A DNA stretch of 64,000 nucleotides. It comes from a virus. Lineage: Duplodnaviria; Heunggongvirae; Uroviricota; Caudoviricetes. The position numbers and the translations under genes were made by a program. The notes below the pieces were generated by a model. It ran no database searches, had not been told where the DNA came from, and worked only from the letters and a program-made list of their open reading frames with translations. Where the stretch lies: positions 64,001-128,000 of the IMG/VR virus record IMGVR_UViG_2974538492_000001; one strand, given 5' to 3'. Positions 19,550 through 29,232 of this stretch are shown here, piece after piece (position 1 is the stretch's first letter; each line of letters begins with the position of its first letter).

Positions 19550-20098
19550 ATGGGATACACGCCAAAATCACAATCAACAAAAAAAGATAATGAAAATATT
19601 ATAAATTTAGCTACAATGCAAGATATTCATCAGCATTTATATATTTTAGTACTAAGAAAAAGTGCAGGTAAGCTGATTGAATATATTATGCAATTTAAAA
19701 ACAGAAAAGAAGCTACTAATGCAATTATTTCAGTCAAATATGAGTTAAGTAAGTGTCGTCCTGAAGTACTTAATATACTTCTTGCTATGGCTAAAGATCC
19801 TAAACGATTTGAATTTTCAACATTATCAACTAATGATCGTATGTTTTTTGTTGATAATGTTAATGGTACTAATTTTAGAATTTACGATTTTAGTTCAAAT
19901 CCTAAGAAGATTATTCCTAATGTTACTATTAATAATGACGATTTTTTAACATCAAATGAGGAATTGGTTATGTACAAAATTGCCAAATCCATGATTATTA
20001 TGCGGAACAATCAGTATAAATTACAAGAAGAATTGCGAAAATTAGAGGAACAAAATAATGTTTTCAAAATATATCAAAATGAAAAACTGCTACCCTGA
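19550..20098 (+). CDS. Hypothetical protein, paralog family A member 1
   Basis: LR.S...L..Y....IKY..SK....L.....D..RF pattern shared with ORFs at 21072, 21881 and 22337. Confidence 0.65.
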   Translation: MGYTPKSQSTKKDNENIINLATMQDIHQHLYILVLRKSAGKLIEYIMQFKNRKEATNAIISVKYELSKCRPEVLNILLAMAKDPKRFEFSTLSTNDRMFFVDNVNGTNFRIYDFSSNPKKIIPNVTINNDDFLTSNEELVMYKIAKSMIIMRNNQYKLQEELRKLEEQNNVFKIYQNEKLLP

Positions 20099-20324
20099 TA
20101 AATTGTATAATATACTTTTGAAACGATTCTTCATTGAAACGTATCCAACTGCAACAAATGTTATTTTACATCATTCAAGTACTTATAGTGATGGAAAAAT
20201 CGTTACATCAGTTGAATTTTGGTTCCCTAATAAATTGGTATTTGTAAATGCTCATGTTTACATTGACGACAAATATCAATCAATTAACGTTTTTAACACA
20301 GATAAACTTTTGGAGTTCATGTAA
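20058..20324 (+). CDS. Hypothetical protein
   Basis: ORF within the operon; exact start uncertain. Confidence 0.5.
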   Translation: MFSKYIKMKNCYPDKLYNILLKRFFIETYPTATNVILHHSSTYSDGKIVTSVEFWFPNKLVFVNAHVYIDDKYQSINVFNTDKLLEFM

Positions 20325-21079
20325 TGAAACTTGGTGACCGTATTAAATTGTATGAAAAAATGGAAACATCAAATAAATTTATGCCAGGACTACCAATTTA
20401 CGCACGTATTGATGGTCGGTCATTCAGTAAATTTACTAATAAAATGATTAAACCCTATGACCAAAATCTTAGTCGACTCATGCAAGAAGTTACTAAGTAC
20501 CTTGTAAAAGAAACAAGTGCATGTATTGGTTATACACAATCTGATGAGATTAGTCTGGTATTCATGCAGAAGTCACCAGAAAGTGATATTTTCTTTAGTG
20601 GTAAAAAACAAAAAATGGTTTCAGTACTAGCTGCTCTTGCAACAGCTAAATTTATTGAACTAGCATTAAAATTCTATCCTGAAGAATGTTCTAACAGGCT
20701 TCCAGTTTTCGATTGTCGTGTATTTCAAGTTCCTAATAAATCCGAAGCAGCGAATTGTTTGATCTGGCGTTCACAAGATGCAATTCGTAATAGTATTCAA
20801 ATGGCTGGACGAGCGGTGTTTTCACATAAAGAACTTGATCGTAAGAATCAAAATGATATTCTTGATATGCTTATTAACGAAAAAGGTATCAATTGGAATG
20901 ATTATCCAAAATTCTTTAAAGAAGGTTCATTCTTTCAGCGAGTAACTTATGAAAAAGATGGACAAAATGGTGAAGTAGTTATTCGGTCTAAAGTAGATGA
21001 GATTATTCCTGAATTAAAGTTTGAAAATTTAAGCACTGAAGAAAAGGTTAAACTTATTTTTGGAGTTGATAATGATTAA
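20324..21079 (+). CDS. tRNA(His) guanylyltransferase Thg1-like protein (3'-5' polymerase family)
   Basis: IYARIDGRSFSKFT, YTQSDEISL, FDCRVF and WRSQDAIRNSI motifs. Confidence 0.92.
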   Translation: MKLGDRIKLYEKMETSNKFMPGLPIYARIDGRSFSKFTNKMIKPYDQNLSRLMQEVTKYLVKETSACIGYTQSDEISLVFMQKSPESDIFFSGKKQKMVSVLAALATAKFIELALKFYPEECSNRLPVFDCRVFQVPNKSEAANCLIWRSQDAIRNSIQMAGRAVFSHKELDRKNQNDILDMLINEKGINWNDYPKFFKEGSFFQRVTYEKDGQNGEVVIRSKVDEIIPELKFENLSTEEKVKLIFGVDND

Positions 21080-21572
21080 AAAACGAAAAAATAATAAAAG
21101 TTCTCGTGACGAACCATATTTGATTGCATATATTTTGCGGGGAAGTACTAGCTCCCTTTTAAATTATATAACATCACATCCAGGAGGTATGGATGCTGCA
21201 CGTAAGGATATTATTAAAATCAAATATTTGTTTTCTAAATGTCATTTAGTAATACAAAATCTTGTACGTAAAATGGTTACTAAATTTGAAAGTTTTGAAA
21301 TTAAACAAAACACTTGGTGTTTTGATGACGTTCTGATTGAATACACAATTAAAGATAATGATACTGGTTATTGGTTTTTTTGTGAAGATATTAAAGGAAA
21401 TGCTGAAATAAAGATTGCCGAAAATGGCATTCTTTCAAATAATAAAATTGAACATACTATGTTTGTTTATGCAATTAAATCAGTGGAATATATCAAAAAT
21501 AATATTGTACAAATTATAAAAGATCAAAAAACTGAACAAATGAAACAGCAATATATCGAAGTGTATAAATGA
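21072..21572 (+). CDS. Hypothetical protein, paralog family A member 2
   Basis: ILRGSTSSLLNY...IKIKYLFSKC. Confidence 0.6.
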   Translation: MIKKRKNNKSSRDEPYLIAYILRGSTSSLLNYITSHPGGMDAARKDIIKIKYLFSKCHLVIQNLVRKMVTKFESFEIKQNTWCFDDVLIEYTIKDNDTGYWFFCEDIKGNAEIKIAENGILSNNKIEHTMFVYAIKSVEYIKNNIVQIIKDQKTEQMKQQYIEVYK

Positions 21573-21874
21573 TGTATATAACACCAGTACTTGTTAATCG
21601 CCACAAAGGAACCTTTGACATTTACATTGGACGTGGTACAATTTGGGGAAATCCTTATCCTATTGATAAAGGAGCAGGGATTTCTCGACAAGTTTCTATA
21701 GAAATGTACAGAGAGCACTTGTATTTTTCAATAGAAAATGGTAATATTTCTATTGAAGATATTTTAAGACTTTCAGGTAAGCGGCTTGGATGTTCTTGTT
21801 CTCCACAACCATGTCACGGTGATGTGATCATTGAAGTATTCAATGAAATAATTGAAATGCTTTCAGATAATTGA
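21569..21874 (+). CDS. DUF4326-family protein
   Basis: YIGRGTIWGNPY...LSGKRLGCSCSPQPCHGDVI. Confidence 0.85.
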   Translation: MMYITPVLVNRHKGTFDIYIGRGTIWGNPYPIDKGAGISRQVSIEMYREHLYFSIENGNISIEDILRLSGKRLGCSCSPQPCHGDVIIEVFNEIIEMLSDN

Positions 21875-21880
21875 GGTTCA

Positions 21881-22328
21881 AATGAAACATTCTGAGATTT
21901 TATTTGCAATTTTACGGAAAAGTAAAAATACTTTATTAGATTATGTATCGTCTGATTATGACCGGAATTTCATTATTGAAATGAAATATAATTATTCAAA
22001 ATTAGAATCAACATTACGCAATTTAATGCGATTAGTTGCTACTGATATTGAAAGATTTTCAGTACTGAATGAAAATAACCTAAGTAATATTATATATAAA
22101 GAAGATGTTACAAGTCCAGTACTTATCGATACGTTAGACAATACCGTATTCATCATAAAGCAAGATACGATTGATATTGATGATATTGTTGTTTTTAAAG
22201 AGAATGAACGCTTAGCATTTATTGTTTTATATAATTGTTTAATACTAGCCAAAGAACGCCAAGAAGAAATTATTAAAATTCGAGATGAAGAAAATAATCG
22301 AATTTCAATTTTATCAAATTATTTGTAA
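21881..22328 (+). CDS. Hypothetical protein, paralog family A member 3
   Basis: ILRKSKNTLLDY...MKYNYSKL...TDIERF; start at ATG 21881 after GAGG. Confidence 0.6.
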
Positions 22329-22336
22329 GGATTTAT

Positions 22337-22897
22337 ATGAACGAAATTATTTTAATATTTTTAATGTTCAGGCAAAATGCAAAATTGCTTAAAGAACATG
22401 TAATAAATGATAGTGTTTTATCATGTAAATTAAAAAGAAAAGAATTATTATATTTGAAATATAAACTTTCATCTATTAGTACTGAAAATTATAATATTAT
22501 AAAATCCATATGTACTGATTTTGACCGTTTTGATGTATTTCGCATGAACACCAACCGACCATCTGGGTTTAATTCTGGTGCGGGTACTAGGTTTTTAATG
22601 CATCCAACTACAGGTGAATATTATAAAACTATTGATATTCGCTATGGTGATTTCTTTTATCCAACTGTATTACATGATACAAAGATGGATATATTTTTTA
22701 TACTTGATGAATATTATACAATAGTTGATGATGTTATTATTTTTAAGGATGAAGATCATGAGTTCTTTTTTGGTATCGTACAAGAATTAAAAAATGCAAA
22801 AGACAAAGAAGCACAAATACTAAAGCAACAATTATTACAAAAAGAAGAACTTAAAAAAGAAAGAAAGAAATTAGATATATTATCAAAATATTCATAA
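22337..22897 (+). CDS. Hypothetical protein, paralog family A member 4
   Basis: MFRQNAKLL...LKYKLSS...TDFDRF. Confidence 0.6.
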   Translation: MNEIILIFLMFRQNAKLLKEHVINDSVLSCKLKRKELLYLKYKLSSISTENYNIIKSICTDFDRFDVFRMNTNRPSGFNSGAGTRFLMHPTTGEYYKTIDIRYGDFFYPTVLHDTKMDIFFILDEYYTIVDDVIIFKDEDHEFFFGIVQELKNAKDKEAQILKQQLLQKEELKKERKKLDILSKYS

Positions 22898-22905
22898 GGA
22901 ATTAA

Positions 22906-23766
22906 ATGGAATACAATGGAAAATTTCCTCACCAAAAAATAGATTTCAACTCAAGTACAGTCATCGTTATAAATGGTGACTGTACTTCTGTATTAAAAGA
23001 GTTATACGAACTTGGATTTAAATTTAACACCACAATAACATCTCCACCATATGCAGAACAACGTAAAGACGTATACGATAGTATTACACCTACCGATTTT
23101 CCATTATGGTATAAAAATATCAGTACTGATATCATGAATGTTACACATGATGATGGTTCTTATTTCTTTAATATAAAAGAGCATGTTGATAAAGGTAAAC
23201 GTGATATTTACGTATACAAGACCATCATTGATATTTCTGATGATTATAATTGGAGTGATGAATATATTTGGAATAAAACAAATCCATTCCCTACTGGTGC
23301 TAAAACTCGATTGAAAGATGGATTTGAAAGAATATATCAATTTAACCATACAACAAAATATAAATTCTTTCCAGATGAAGTAAAAGTACAAAGTACTTCA
23401 AAGTACTTAGAAAGTGAAAAGAAAAGAAAAAACAAAGGTGAGCACAATGTCAATAATGGGTCTTCAATGAACATGACTAAACGTGTTGCTGAAGATATGG
23501 TTAGACCAAGTAATGTGATTACGTGTAGTACTAGTAATTTAAATATTGGTCATCCAGCAGTATTTCCTATTGATATACCAAACTTCTACATAAAGCTAAC
23601 AACTGAAGAAAATGATTGGATACTTGATCCATTTGGTGGTTCAGGGACAACTGCATTAAGTGCAATTCAATTAGGTAGAAATTGTGTTCTAATAGAAAAA
23701 TCTGAACAGTACTATCAATTAATAATCGAAAGACTAAATCAATTTGGTCGGGAGAATTATCTATGA
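22906..23766 (+). CDS. Beta-class DNA methyltransferase, probably N4-cytosine
   Basis: Motif IV ITSPPY near the N-terminus; HPAVFP and motif I ILDPFGGSGTT near the C-terminus. Confidence 0.88.
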   Translation: MEYNGKFPHQKIDFNSSTVIVINGDCTSVLKELYELGFKFNTTITSPPYAEQRKDVYDSITPTDFPLWYKNISTDIMNVTHDDGSYFFNIKEHVDKGKRDIYVYKTIIDISDDYNWSDEYIWNKTNPFPTGAKTRLKDGFERIYQFNHTTKYKFFPDEVKVQSTSKYLESEKKRKNKGEHNVNNGSSMNMTKRVAEDMVRPSNVITCSTSNLNIGHPAVFPIDIPNFYIKLTTEENDWILDPFGGSGTTALSAIQLGRNCVLIEKSEQYYQLIIERLNQFGRENYL

Positions 23767-24104
23767 AACCAAAAATTACTCGTGAAGATATAATTCAGGA
23801 AATACGTCAACAGCGGGAAGATTTTTCTAAACGAATGATTGATGAAGCAAATGGCGTTCAAGTTTATGATTTAACCACACCAGAAGGACGGCAAAGATTT
23901 TTAGTGGATAATTCATATATTTTATTACCAACACCATTCGAACCAGTACTTGCTAAAATTCACCACAATGGGGAAAATGGCGTGACAGAATGGTATGAAG
24001 TAGTTTATTACAATGGTGCTGAATGGTGCTGCTATGCAGGTTCTGAAACTTTTAAGGATGGTGAACGTATCTTAAAATGGAAGTATTGCAATGAAATTTT
24101 ATAA
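23763..24104 (+). CDS. Hypothetical protein
   Basis: ATGA overlap with the MTase stop. Confidence 0.6.
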   Translation: MKPKITREDIIQEIRQQREDFSKRMIDEANGVQVYDLTTPEGRQRFLVDNSYILLPTPFEPVLAKIHHNGENGVTEWYEVVYYNGAEWCCYAGSETFKDGERILKWKYCNEIL

Positions 24105-24113
24105 GGAAAAAAT

Positions 24114-25355
24114 ATGAAAAATAATCACTTAGACAATCTAATTGTCAGACACCTAGCTGGTTCGCAAGCATATGGTACAAGTACTCCAACATCTGATACT
24201 GATTATAGAGGTATTTTTGTTGCTGATAAAGAATTCATTATTACACCATTCTTTAAAGTTAATGAAGTTAATGATGTGTCAGAAGAAGATACCAAGTACT
24301 ATGAACTAAACAATTATATGCAACTTTATTTGACCGCTAATCCAAATATTTTAGAATCTCTTTGGGTAGATGAGTCTGATATTGTTTATAAAAATGAAAT
24401 GTACGATCATCTTCGTGGTGCTCGTTCAGATTTATTATCAACAAAAATGGCATTTACTTATACTGGTTATGCTCACAATCAAGCTAAACGTATGAAGAAT
24501 CACCACACGTGGATGGAAAAAGAACGCACTGGTGTTCGTATTTTACAAGAATTAATTGACCAATATCCATGTGAACAAATGGTTCAATGGGTTGGTGATT
24601 CGTTTCCACCTTACATTATGAATCTAGTTAACCTAGATAAAGCACGTGGTGTTTTGATTAAAGGTATTATTGATTTTGAAAAATTTATGAGAAATGCTTC
24701 ATTACAAATGTTAAGTACTAATACATTAAAACAATATCACTTTGTTAAATTAGTACATAATTATTTTGATCATCAAGTACTTGACCGTGATTTTAACATC
24801 TTAAAATACAATAATGGTTATCAATTAGTTCCTTACGGTGATAATATTTTTGGTTTAGTAGAAAGAAGTGGTGGAAAAACTATTAATTATGATGGTAGTA
24901 TTCATCGTATTGATAGTTCAAATCTTACAATTGAAGAAGTAAAAGAAACTCCTAAATTGATCGTTAAATTCAATAAAGATGAATATGAAAAAAGTAATGA
25001 CAATCGTCATAACTATCATGAATGGAAACAAAACCGAAATGAAGCTCGTTCTGAGTTAGAACAGTTAAATGGTTATGATACAAAACATGCAATGCATGTA
25101 GTAAGATTACTACGTACTGCGGAGGAAGCATTAGAAACTGGTGAAATTCATGTTAAACGTTCAGATGCAGCAGAATTATTAGCTATTAGAAATGGTGCGT
25201 GGAGTTATAATGAAATGATGGAATACTGGAATGAAAAAGATCAGTATATTAGAGAAGTACTATATAAACAATCGGAATTACCAAAGGCACCGGATATTCA
25301 TAAAGCAGCTAAGCTACTAATTGAACTTCGTGAAATCCAATGGTACGGAAAATAA
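24114..25355 (+). CDS. Pol-beta-superfamily nucleotidyltransferase (RlaP/NrdC.11-like) with a large insert
   Basis: AGSQAYGTSTPTSDTDYRGIF, ANPNILE, and YDTKHAMHVVRLL...EEAL motifs. Confidence 0.85.
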   Translation: MKNNHLDNLIVRHLAGSQAYGTSTPTSDTDYRGIFVADKEFIITPFFKVNEVNDVSEEDTKYYELNNYMQLYLTANPNILESLWVDESDIVYKNEMYDHLRGARSDLLSTKMAFTYTGYAHNQAKRMKNHHTWMEKERTGVRILQELIDQYPCEQMVQWVGDSFPPYIMNLVNLDKARGVLIKGIIDFEKFMRNASLQMLSTNTLKQYHFVKLVHNYFDHQVLDRDFNILKYNNGYQLVPYGDNIFGLVERSGGKTINYDGSIHRIDSSNLTIEEVKETPKLIVKFNKDEYEKSNDNRHNYHEWKQNRNEARSELEQLNGYDTKHAMHVVRLLRTAEEALETGEIHVKRSDAAELLAIRNGAWSYNEMMEYWNEKDQYIREVLYKQSELPKAPDIHKAAKLLIELREIQWYGK

Positions 25356-25357
25356 TT

Positions 25358-25786
25358 ATGAATTTACTTGAACAATTTAAAACTGCACAAGCAGTTTATC
25401 TAGGACTAATCAACGGATACGGATCTGATATTATTGTAGAGCTACTTAATGATATTCAATCTCGATATCCAACATTTAATGCGACAACAATAGTTGGATA
25501 TACCCCTGAATGGAATGATGGCGAAACATGTGAACACAGTTCTGATATTTGTGTAGCATATCTAACCGATGAAGTACTAGACCAACTTGATGATATTCTT
25601 CGTAAACTTGGTGAAGAATTTGAATTTAATGATATGTCACGTGAAGATGCACGTGCTATTGAAAAAGAATTAAATCTTGCTGATGTTATTTTGCAAGAAA
25701 TTTATGGTACTAATTATCAACTTGGGGCAATCTTTGTTGATGGTACTTTCCATGTTAGTCACACTGAATATGAATGTGGGTACTAA
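25358..25786 (+). CDS. Hypothetical protein, paralog pair B member 1
   Basis: GYTPEWNDGETCEHSS...YECGY-stop. Confidence 0.65.
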   Translation: MNLLEQFKTAQAVYLGLINGYGSDIIVELLNDIQSRYPTFNATTIVGYTPEWNDGETCEHSSDICVAYLTDEVLDQLDDILRKLGEEFEFNDMSREDARAIEKELNLADVILQEIYGTNYQLGAIFVDGTFHVSHTEYECGY

Positions 25787-25788
25787 TT

Positions 25789-26262
25789 ATGTTTGATAAA
25801 ATTAAAATTGCATCAACCGAATATGAAGAATCTATTAAACAGATTAAGATAACATTACGTAATGAATTCAACGAAAAATTGAAATCTGATAGTACTGAAT
25901 TAAAAGAAACATATCCAAATTTGGATCGTATTTTCTTTCTTGGTAGTACTCCACATTGGAATGATGGTGAAGAATGTTCACATAAATCATATGTATACAT
26001 TGAAAATGGTTCTGGTTATAGTGATTGTTGTGAATATTTTGAATGTGTATATGGATGGGATAACCCTGAAATTCCAGATCATTTAATCAAATCTAACAAA
26101 AATCTTAATGATAATGAAATTCATGCTATTAAAAATATTATTCGAAATAGTGGTTTAGAAAAAATTCTAGAAGTTATTTTTGAAACTAATTTCAATGTAA
26201 TAATTGATTTTACTGGTGATGAAGTACAAATAACGGTAGCAGACTATGATTGTGGATATTAA
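25789..26262 (+). CDS. Hypothetical protein, paralog pair B member 2
   Basis: GSTPHWNDGEECSHKS...YDCGY-stop. Confidence 0.65.
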   Translation: MFDKIKIASTEYEESIKQIKITLRNEFNEKLKSDSTELKETYPNLDRIFFLGSTPHWNDGEECSHKSYVYIENGSGYSDCCEYFECVYGWDNPEIPDHLIKSNKNLNDNEIHAIKNIIRNSGLEKILEVIFETNFNVIIDFTGDEVQITVADYDCGY

Positions 26263-26815
26263 TACATTAAATCCTATTGGAAGTATTGAATTAAACTTAT
26301 TTTCATGGGAGGTTCCAGAAAATCTCCCTGAGCAAGAATTCAAATACGAAAAACCACAAAAAGTACTTGACAATATTCCATCAGAAATGGTAGAATTGGT
26401 TCAGAAAATGATTGATGAAGTTAAAAAATATGATTCTCGTAGTGTAGTTGTTGATTATAAGGTTCGTAACCTTAAAGCTGGGAATACTGGATCTACATTA
26501 TACGGCTACCATTTGGATTGTTGTAATGATATCCATGATGATTTTGAACCTGAGACTCATATTTTATTTGGGACTGTACAAGGAACAAGTTTCATTATGA
26601 ATCCAATTAACGTTTCTATATATGATACTATTCCTGATATTTTGAAAAATGAAGTACTTATAGAATCAATTTGTTCCACAAATACTGCTCACAAATACAC
26701 AAGTAAAGTACTCCATAATTGTCCTATTATTGAACATGACTGTCAGCGAGTATTGATTCGTGTTACTGCTGGGTTTAAAGAGAGAATCAAAAATGCCAAG
26801 TCAAAAACAAATTAA
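26246..26815 (+). CDS. Putative 2OG-Fe(II) oxygenase-like protein
   Basis: GYHLD (HxD), distal H (VLHNCP) and R.LIRV, spaced as in 2OG oxygenases. Confidence 0.45.
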   Translation: MIVDINTLNPIGSIELNLFSWEVPENLPEQEFKYEKPQKVLDNIPSEMVELVQKMIDEVKKYDSRSVVVDYKVRNLKAGNTGSTLYGYHLDCCNDIHDDFEPETHILFGTVQGTSFIMNPINVSIYDTIPDILKNEVLIESICSTNTAHKYTSKVLHNCPIIEHDCQRVLIRVTAGFKERIKNAKSKTN

Positions 26816-27209
26816 AGACGATATTACTGAAATTTATACAAATTTAAATACTACAATTGATCGATATAATTTCATCAATAATATTGAACAGCATATTATA
26901 GATATGAAAAACCAATATATTAATTCAATTTCATATGAAACTAAAAACACAACGCTCAATAAAATAATTAAAATTATTTCTGAACAATCAGGATGTATGT
27001 ATACTATTTTACATGTAGCAGCAGTTGTTCCAGATGAAGACATTTTAATTCGAAAAATTATTTCTGAATTGGAACTGGACTCATTGGATGAAATTGAAAT
27101 TGTAATGGCTATTGAAGAAGAATTTAATATTGAAATTCCAGATTATGAAATTGAAAATTTTAAAACTATTAGGGATTTAATTAATTTTATTAATTCTGGT
27201 TCTTTTTAA
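26793..27209 (+). CDS. Acyl carrier protein domain with N-terminal extension
   Basis: ELELDSLDEIEIVMAIEEEFNIEIPDYEIENFKTIRDLINFI; DSL phosphopantetheine serine intact. Confidence 0.85.
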   Translation: MPSQKQIKDDITEIYTNLNTTIDRYNFINNIEQHIIDMKNQYINSISYETKNTTLNKIIKIISEQSGCMYTILHVAAVVPDEDILIRKIISELELDSLDEIEIVMAIEEEFNIEIPDYEIENFKTIRDLINFINSGSF

Positions 27210-27213
27210 TTAT

Positions 27214-27242
27214 AAAACCCACCAGATATGGTGGGTTTTTTT
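27214..27242 (+). terminator. Rho-independent terminator
   Basis: AAAACCCACCA-GATA-TGGTGGGTTTT plus Ts. Confidence 0.85.
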
Positions 27243-27284
27243 GTAAATATGATATTATACCCAATAAACATTGAGGTGAACATC

Positions 27285-27647
27285 ATGTTTAATTTTATTA
27301 AGTTATACAAATTACCAATAGTAATAGTAGCTTTTATACTGTATACAGTACTAATGTTATTTTCAGGTTGGCAAGTTAGAACATATTATGATGGTTATCA
27401 ACAAAACATCGTAGAAAAAGTTCAAAAAGTAGTAGATACTGGTGTAAGTACTATGCAACGAAATCAGGCTCAAGGTTTTGAAAATATAAAAGTAAATCTT
27501 AAAGAAGCCAATAACAAAACAATAATTAAAGAACCAACAATAGTTAATAGAATAATTTATGCACAACAATGTATAGATCAGGATGGTGTGGATCTTCTTC
27601 AGCAATATAAACAAGAATCCATTAATATCAGGGAAGGTAAAAAATGA
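27285..27647 (+). CDS. Putative inner-membrane spanin (Rz-like)
   Basis: Single N-terminal TM helix and periplasmic helical domain; ATGA overlap with a lipoprotein gene. Confidence 0.6.
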   Translation: MFNFIKLYKLPIVIVAFILYTVLMLFSGWQVRTYYDGYQQNIVEKVQKVVDTGVSTMQRNQAQGFENIKVNLKEANNKTIIKEPTIVNRIIYAQQCIDQDGVDLLQQYKQESINIREGKK

Positions 27648-27958
27648 GAATATTTAAATTATTTTTAATTGCGATATTCGTTACATTAATGTTAATGATA
27701 ACAGGTTGTAGTACTGTTCCTATTCAAAATAAGCCAATAATAGAACAGCAATCGTTATTACAAAAATGCACAACGGATACCCCAATTCCAACAAATTTTG
27801 TGCTTGACAGCAATGGTAACCAAGTATATAATGGTAAGGAAGTATTCAGAGTACTACGTGAATGGCAAACAGTTTATAATGATTGTGCAGCCCAGCACGA
27901 TGCTCTAGTAGATACTATACTGAAGTTAAATTCAATGAAAGAAGTTACTAAAAATTAA
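27644..27958 (+). CDS. Putative outer-membrane spanin (Rz1-like lipoprotein)
   Basis: Lipobox ITGC; C...P.P and Y.DCAAQHDALV segments. Confidence 0.6.
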   Translation: MRIFKLFLIAIFVTLMLMITGCSTVPIQNKPIIEQQSLLQKCTTDTPIPTNFVLDSNGNQVYNGKEVFRVLREWQTVYNDCAAQHDALVDTILKLNSMKEVTKN

Positions 27959-27968
27959 GGTTAATGCG

Positions 27969-28502
27969 ATGGGTTCAACCTATATAGTACTTAAAGAATA
28001 TCCAGTTCAAACTATTATCAACTTAATTGATGATACTAATAAAATTGAAATTGACGGAATGATAATACCAGTTGATAAAGAAAAAATGCTAGCATTTAAA
28101 AATAGTACTAAATGTTTAACATGTGACATTGAAGCAACTCATTTCTCATTAGAGAAGATAGCTAATTGTACACATGGTTTATATGGTAATTATCATTTTA
28201 ATTTATACGGTTCACGAAATAATAATAAAATATTATTAACAGTAGACCATGCTATATTAGCAAAAAATAATGGTGAACATCATCATACAAATTTTAATAC
28301 TATGTGTGTATCATGTAATAATCGTCGAGGTTCTAAGTTTGAAAATATAGATGACTTTATTACATTTAGTAAACTTAATCCAATTTCAAAGCATATATCT
28401 GATACAATTGCGTATAAAAAGAAGAAAGAACTTTTTGAAAAAACGGTACAAAAATCTCATGTACAATTATATTACAAAAATCGCAATAAAAATCTTGCAT
28501 AA
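27969..28502 (+). CDS. HNH endonuclease-like protein
   Basis: CLTC...LTVDH...N..TMCVSCNNRRG. Confidence 0.7.
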   Translation: MGSTYIVLKEYPVQTIINLIDDTNKIEIDGMIIPVDKEKMLAFKNSTKCLTCDIEATHFSLEKIANCTHGLYGNYHFNLYGSRNNNKILLTVDHAILAKNNGEHHHTNFNTMCVSCNNRRGSKFENIDDFITFSKLNPISKHISDTIAYKKKKELFEKTVQKSHVQLYYKNRNKNLA

Positions 28503-28524
28503 TTTTTAAAAATTTGATATTATT

Positions 28525-28550
28525 AAGGAAATCTTAGGATTTCCTTTTTT
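28525..28550 (+). terminator. Rho-independent terminator
   Basis: AAGGAAATC-TTAG-GATTTCCTT plus Ts. Confidence 0.75.
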
Positions 28551-28958
28551 GTGAATGGAATAATTAAAATGTTAAAAGATTTGGAATTTTCAGGTTTAGA
28601 AATTATTAGTGCTACAAAAAATATCAATGATTATGGATCAGATAAAGATTTTATTATTGCAATTACTATGGTTAGTGATGAAGATTCATATTCACATTTA
28701 ACTGGAATTGAAAAATTAATTCACGAAACTAATTTACAAAATGATTCAAAATATATTAAATTAAGTTGTTCTTATCGAACAAACGAGAAGGGTCAAATTA
28801 TCCTTCCTATAAAAATTGCATATAATGGAAGTACTGAAAAGTACTCTAAACGTGCATATTATGAACGTGATTTAACCCCTGATTTGTTCGAAGATATTAC
28901 ATTTATTGATGAATTCTTTGAACGCACTCCTACTGAAATTAAACGTTTATACATGTGA
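28551..28958 (+). CDS. Hypothetical protein
   Basis: 135-aa ORF; start uncertain. Confidence 0.55.
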   Translation: MNGIIKMLKDLEFSGLEIISATKNINDYGSDKDFIIAITMVSDEDSYSHLTGIEKLIHETNLQNDSKYIKLSCSYRTNEKGQIILPIKIAYNGSTEKYSKRAYYERDLTPDLFEDITFIDEFFERTPTEIKRLYM

Positions 28959-28965
28959 GGGTTAT

Positions 28966-29232
28966 ATGGCTTGGTCAGAAAGTGATGTTTATTATCGTAT
29001 CATTCGTATGTCGGATGATCCACAACTATTAACTATAGTAACTATGCAAGACTTCGATGAAGTTGATTATGACCATAATCGTTTTTTGTGTGCAAAAGGA
29101 ACAAATGAACGTTTATATTTTAGTACTGAAGAAAAAGCAATTAAATTCTTAAATGAAAATATAAAATTTGAAAATATCGATCCTGATTATTTAAATAAAC
29201 ACCAAAGGTTAAATGATATTTTTTACAAATAA
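28966..29232 (+). CDS. Hypothetical protein
   Basis: Likely start at ATG (MAWSESD) after GAGGG. Confidence 0.55.
   Translation: MAWSESDVYYRIIRMSDDPQLLTIVTMQDFDEVDYDHNRFLCAKGTNERLYFSTEEKAIKFLNENIKFENIDPDYLNKHQRLNDIFYK

Noticed and set aside
27337-27350. LexA (SOS) box at CTGTATACAG
   Set aside because: Spacing is CTGT-N2-ACAG rather than N8, and it lies inside a coding region.
27969-28502. HNH protein as the cognate restriction enzyme for AGTACT
   Set aside because: It is 4 kb from the MTase, behind the spanins, and has no REase-specific evidence; a self-cutting REase would not favour target enrichment without further evidence.
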